Shown: one piece after another, positions 59,901 through 64,000 of the stretch
How positions within the stretch are numbered: the first letter of the stretch is position 1
How the letters are laid out: every line of letters begins with the position of its first letter
Origin: Heteronotia binoei
Taxonomy: Eukaryota
Direction: 5' to 3'
Assembly (NCBI RefSeq): GCF_032191835.1
Contig: NC_083228.1
Span: forward strand, 71,548,001-71,612,000
DNA: 64,000 nucleotides
Made by a program: the position numbers and the translations under genes
Notes under the pieces: generated by a model
The model's database searches: none
Told to the model about the DNA's origin: nothing
What the model saw: only the letters and a program-made list of their open reading frames with translations

Positions 59901-60705
59901 AGATGAACAGAACAACTTGAAAGCGGAAGAAATGACCCAATTAGATTGGTGGCTGAAATGTCAAATACAAGTAAGTTATCAAAAAGATAAAGAAAAAGGG
60001 TTTACTAAGAAACTAAACGACCTTGACCAAATTATTCTGACAGACCAGAAACTAGTCTCCAAAATCTATGAATGGTTACTACGGGAGAAAATGCAGGGAG
60101 AGGTAGTCAAGGAATCTTGGATAAAGTGGTTAAGAGACTTTGGGTTTAATATTAATTTGGACGACTGGGAACAAATATGGAAACGAAACATAAAACTAAC
60201 TACGTCGGCCTTGTTTAAGGAAAATTTATACAAAATGATTTACCGCTGGTACCTAACACCAGACCGACTAGCGAAAATATACCCCAGCTACTCCAACAAA
60301 TGTTGGAAATGTAAAAAGACTAAAGGTTCATTATTTCACATTTGGTGGAACTGTGAGATTGCCAAAAAATATTGGGCGTCAATTAATATGTGGATCCAAA
60401 AGATCTTAAAAATTAAGATACGCCACTCCCCAGAATTATTTCTTTTAAATATCTGTAGAGAGAACCTTCCACCAAAAACGATTAAGGTATTAATGTATAT
60501 TGTGACTGTTGCTAGATTACTATTTGCTAAATATTGGAAGACGCCTCAAATCCCTTCTAGAGAAGAGTTTATTGTCAAACTTATGGAAGCGGTGGAGTCG
60601 GACCTAATGACGACAAGGTTACGTGAAGGCAATTTACAAAAATGTAAAGAGACTTGGGAACCAATATATTGTTGGGTAAAAAGTAAAGGACTAATATGGG
60701 AATAA
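56977..60705 (+). CDS. L1 ORF2p (APE endonuclease, RT, CCHC), 1242 aa, uninterrupted
   Basis: NVNGL, LQETH, GDFN, SRID, ADHNP; YRPISLLNSDYK, DAEKAFD, GTRQGCPLSP, FADD; CWKC...HIWWNC. Confidence 0.97.
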   Translation: MNTRFGMQITSVNVNGLNDPRKRRRIFQQLRKTASSIICLQETHIQEKDIKYLRNEKLGTLYHSSDPERKKKGVAIYVSKSIQSSCLYSDKKGRIVMVEIEYCGKKLILVNIYAPNENLAKFYKTLHKKLMEFELKNCCIIGDFNAVFDTEKDKKFEEQKKRKLRCSLPKEFLKLADEFNLVDVWRTKNPATKDYTYFSSAHRCWSRIDMCWLAADLMLSVQQADILPSTYADHNPIQINLIGTVKSSRWTLNLQILKETKFLEATKKEIKEFFQHNLTKDTSMHIIWDTFKAFFRGIAIKYTAGRKKERLKTYKDLVQKLSEQEQQLKIKNIEEIRLKISAIQHQINLILMEEVEKKMKWMRQTHFESANKASRWLAYKLKKERSKKIIKSLKDEEGKETTQTSQMKIIIQSFYQKLYRGQEIPNQLQEDYIAKTKFKQLTQEQKEKLEVPITMHEIGEAISQQKTNKVPGPDGLPIEFYKAFEGDLLIPYKNVIDEVQKNGGIPASWKEALITLIHKEGTDPAEVKNYRPISLLNSDYKVFATVLANRLKKVISAVVHEDQTGFVPGRQMKQNVRFLMNTLEYYKEHPEKQVALIFVDAEKAFDNVNWNFILKSLEAVGCGGNFRGLVENIYTEQNARISFNNTKTDLIAIAQGTRQGCPLSPLLFILTLELLTQRIRNEDQIRGIKIRGEELKIQAFADDLLCILEDPNVSIEELKESLKQYGHVSGLKINAQKTKFFTKNMNKEQIDQFEAKSEFAYGKKVKYLGIQMTSELKDLYRDNYEKLIKEIQEDLNRWQDLHISLLGRIATIKMNVLPRVLFLFQMIPIMLPKKFFQQLNKIILSFIWQNKKPRIRLKVLQDSKLRGGLALPEWNLYHKASRITWLIEWIVLRNKRMLTLEGAGLGRGWHGYLWYQSPPPNSLFWRHEIRKSLFRAWMDIRKFYFYTQLWLSPVEAHTHPNLYDWNNLNDYQNLLDEQNNLKAEEMTQLDWWLKCQIQVSYQKDKEKGFTKKLNDLDQIILTDQKLVSKIYEWLLREKMQGEVVKESWIKWLRDFGFNINLDDWEQIWKRNIKLTTSALFKENLYKMIYRWYLTPDRLAKIYPSYSNKCWKCKKTKGSLFHIWWNCEIAKKYWASINMWIQKILKIKIRHSPELFLLNICRENLPPKTIKVLMYIVTVARLLFAKYWKTPQIPSREEFIVKLMEAVESDLMTTRLREGNLQKCKETWEPIYCWVKSKGLIWE

Positions 60706-60927
60706 GAGGACATTATAAATGAATTTTCTCTGTTCGTACCCGGGATGTTTGGGAGTATGTTTGTGGGGTGGAGGAAGTTTGGATGTGTATATATGTATTT
60801 GTATGTATTTGTGTTTTTATTTGTTGTATTGTATTTGCACTTGGGTGTAATAAACTATCATTCTTTAAAAAAAAAAAATATTTTCAGGTGGGTAGCCATG
60901 TTGGCCTGAAGCAGCAGAACAACATTT

Positions 60928-61077
60928 GCGTCTAGCTGCACCGTTAACACCAACAAAGTTTTATTCAAGGTATAAGCTTTTGTGTGCAAGCACACTTATA
61001 TCTGAAGAAGTATGCATGCACATAAAAGCTTATATCTTGAATAAAACTTTGTTGGTCGTAAAGGTGCAACTGGACTC
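60928..61077. repeat. Foldback (long inverted repeat) element
   Basis: Arms 60937-60997 and 61008-61068 pair at 54/61 positions around a 10-nt loop, and extend ~9 bp further imperfectly. Confidence 0.9.
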
Positions 61078-61279
61078 AAACTTTTTTGGGAAAATACTTG
61101 TGATCTATGTTAATGATGAAGGTACTACACTGTTGTTACAGCACAAAGTACCACCAAGTGTTCCACATAATGACATACCGGAAGTATGAACATTTACCAA
61201 ATGATGTTCCTTGGAAGGACTATTAGTGAATTATGAAAAATCCAAAATTATAATCTTTTAAAACATTCTTATATCAAAC

Positions 61280-62350
61280 ACAGGCTATGAACAATCAGTG
61301 GGGGAAAACAGAACAAGCAGCCTGTCTTAAATACTTGGCTATAATGTTCAGTAACAACCTTACTTGGAAAACCCATATTTGTTCAGCTATAAAAACTGCC
61401 AGGGTAAATATAAATGCTCTCTTATGGTTATTTTATTCCAAAAGGGAACACTACTTTCCTGCAGTTATTGATGCTTTTAGTGCTAAGTCTATCCCACAGG
61501 CTTTATAAAGGGCAGACATTTGGATTAATGGGGTCTCTAAGTCCATTGACCTTCCACTTTTTCAGTTTTTATGCCAGATAGTATGTGTACCAAGCTGTGT
61601 GACAAGGACTGCAGTCCATTGAAATTTGTGCACTGCTCACTGGAATCCTAGGCCTGGATAGGTGCCTTTTACTTAAGATTGAAGGCCCTCTTTTCAATGC
61701 CCAATACCCAGAGGGGGGCTTTTACACTTACTTAAGGAAGATCCCTTTAGAAATGTATAGGAAAAATGTGTGGATAGTCCAATAGGATTCTTAGTTTCTC
61801 TGTTGGTGTGGTTAGGAATATGAGCTATTCTGAAGTTGTAAGGTTGTTTAGGAAAGGGGCTTTTGAGTTTGACCACACCAGCACACGGTGTACACTATAC
61901 TTTTACAGTGGGGCTTCCCCCCTATTTGATCCTTCCCCTGTATTTAAACCTCTTTAGAATTCTGGTCATAGATATGCTTTTGTTAGGCAGACTGAATGTC
62001 CTGAGAACCACAGAGCTCAGGTGCGCTTCACCAAAACTACACATTCTGACCACTACTACTGCTGTGCATCAATCACCACGTCTTATTATGTAATCAGCGG
62101 CTCCCACTCAGAGACCTCTGGGTTGTACCAGTTTCAGCTGCTTATTGAATATCACATTATCTATTTTTTGCTGGTAAGCACCAATACAGAAATAATGTGT
62201 TCTGTTGCCAGATTCTTATCATTTGTGGGTTTCTTTATTCTGTTACAGAGATGAGTTTTAATTTGCCATGCTGTATATTATTGTTTACTGCTTTATATTT
62301 TATCTGGTATCTGTATTGACTTTGCTGTCAGAGGACCATAATAATAAAGA
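61280..62350 (+). mobile_element. Old non-LTR retrotransposon 3' fragment (possibly RTEX-like)
   Basis: LKYLAIMFSNNLTWKTHI...LFYSK...FSAKSIPQAL, resembling the post-RT region. 3' end gaccataataataaag. Confidence 0.55.
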
Positions 62351-63321
62351 AAAAAGAACATTTCAGAAACCTTTACTCCCCCCCCTTTTTTTTCTTACTT
62401 CTCAAAAGCAGAAAGCAAATCTCTGATAACACTATGGGTTGTACATGTCATCATCTGCAAATTAAAAAGGCACATTACCTAATACCTACTTTCCTGAGGG
62501 AGTGCAAATGAAGGAATGGAGATGTAAAAGTTTAATACATTTTTCCTGTGTTGAAACATGACATTGGTTAGCAAGAGTCATTGATCCCTTTCATTCCCTG
62601 GCTTTGTTACCCAGTTATTTGTCTCTCCTGATAAGTTATAATATCTTTTACAATGTTTCTATCTTGCTGGGAAGAAAAAGGCTAAAACTCAGTGAAGTAG
62701 TTCCTTAGACATCTGATTGTCTATCATTCCACCATTATTAAGATTTACCTGACTGTGATTCCTGTCAAAAAGTTAAAACAGGAACATTTCTTACATTTGC
62801 ATCTTCCATCCCAGAAACTGCCCGGTATATGAATACCAAGAGGCATCTTCAAAAAGTCTAGCAAGAGCCCTGGATTTGGGGGAGTGATTCCCAAATGGAG
62901 TAGCACCTGCAAAAAAATTTTAGGAGCACACCCATTGTCTCCTCCTGAATTAGACCCAATATCTGAGACTGAATTATATTTTGTATAGATTTCAATGGCA
63001 TCTTTATCATTGATAGAATGAATATATATAGATTAATTTTAAAGCATAAAAAGCTTATTATCTACTATGGGTCAATACAGAAATTAATAATTTTCACATT
63101 TTGAGCCTAATACTTATCCAAGTTTCCTGGTGTGGGGGATGTTAACAAAAAAGAATCTCTTTCACGTGGATTAGATATTCTTGGGGAAAAACTGCTAATG
63201 GATGCTGGAGATAAATGTACTCACAATCAATGCTTTAACTACATTGGGGACAAATTTTAAAGAATAGTTTAAGCCACATGTTAAAAAATAAGTAACTCTT
63301 AAGTGCTCAATTATGTGACTA

Positions 63322-63410
63322 TTTCTTCTTCTTCTTCTTCTTATTTATTTATTTATATCCTGCCCATTCTGTGAAGACTCAAGGTGGCTAACAACATAAA
63401 ATAAACAGAG
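63322..63410 (-). mobile_element. L2/SINE 3' tail fragment
   Basis: (ttc)n-(ttta)n-tatatcctgccc...gactcaaggtggct, the reverse complement of an L2-type tail. Confidence 0.55.
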
Positions 63411-64000
63411 GCAACATTAGTAAACAGTATTTAAACCATAACAATAAAAACATAACAATTTAAACCATAACAATAAAATCACAGTGGTGCTACTACATCT
63501 ACTATAGGCAGGACTTTTATTAACTTAAGGGGGAGTAAGTGAGCCTAACATCAGACTATATCTAAAGTAGCATTTTTGTGCATGAAAGGTATAGTGAGGT
63601 GGGCAGAGTTTCTTCCTTAAGCGACATTTTCCCCCTTCACATTCACACACAAACATCCACTGTTGTCCCTGAAGATCCACCCATGCTTGGAAGTCATACC
63701 TTTGAAGTCAAGGGACTTAATTCTCAATATCTTGGGGATCAGAATGTAACTTAATCCATGTCCTAGCTAGAGGGTTTTGAATGTAAGTTAACATAGGCTA
63801 GGGAAGGCAATGGAGACACAGCTGGGTTATGTCCTGAGGCTGTGGACAGGCTTTGAGCTTTATAACCTCCCAAAACTATTTAGCTTTTGAAGCTTGTAAT
63901 GTTTAAATGTTGATGGCTTTACGGTTTTGATCCTTTTAAATTTGTAATATAAGTGGTCTAATATATCGGCCCTGTTGCCTGGGCTTCCTCTTACTGTGCT

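Larger units (their letters stand above)
54314..60874 (+). mobile_element. Full-length L1-clade LINE 'D' with intact ORF1 and ORF2
   Basis: 17-bp TSD AAAATATTTTCAGGTGG (54297-54313, 60875-60891), ~1.65-kb 5'UTR with a CpG-rich start, AATAAA at 60849 and poly(A). Confidence 0.97.

Overview
Vertebrate genomic DNA, almost certainly squamate and probably a gecko (inferred from the SINE, L1, CR1, L2 and BovB repertoire). The window is dominated by nested transposable elements. It contains a 128-nt assembly gap, and I could not confidently identify any host gene; there are only a few weak candidate exons. Main contents: (1) a stack of L1-clade LINEs at 1-10.9 kb, including a full-length L1 inserted antisense into the 5'UTR of another; (2) a Gmr1-like Ty3/Gypsy retroelement at 15473-21130 (minus strand) with SCAN-like Gag and PR-INT-RT-RH domain order; (3) one full-length L1 with both ORFs intact at 54314-60874; (4) many CR1, L2, RTE, SINE and hAT-type relics. 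The headline observation is the Gypsy element. It lacks a normal 3' LTR. Right after the polypurine tract it ends in a 130-bp inverted copy (129/130 identical) of the start of its 5' LTR, and a clean 5-bp target-site duplication (GTAGT) flanks the whole unit. A single in-frame stop also separates integrase from RT. The result is an LTR retrotransposon with the terminal architecture of a DNA transposon (Ginger-like). From one copy I cannot tell whether this is a replicating family or a one-off rearrangement.
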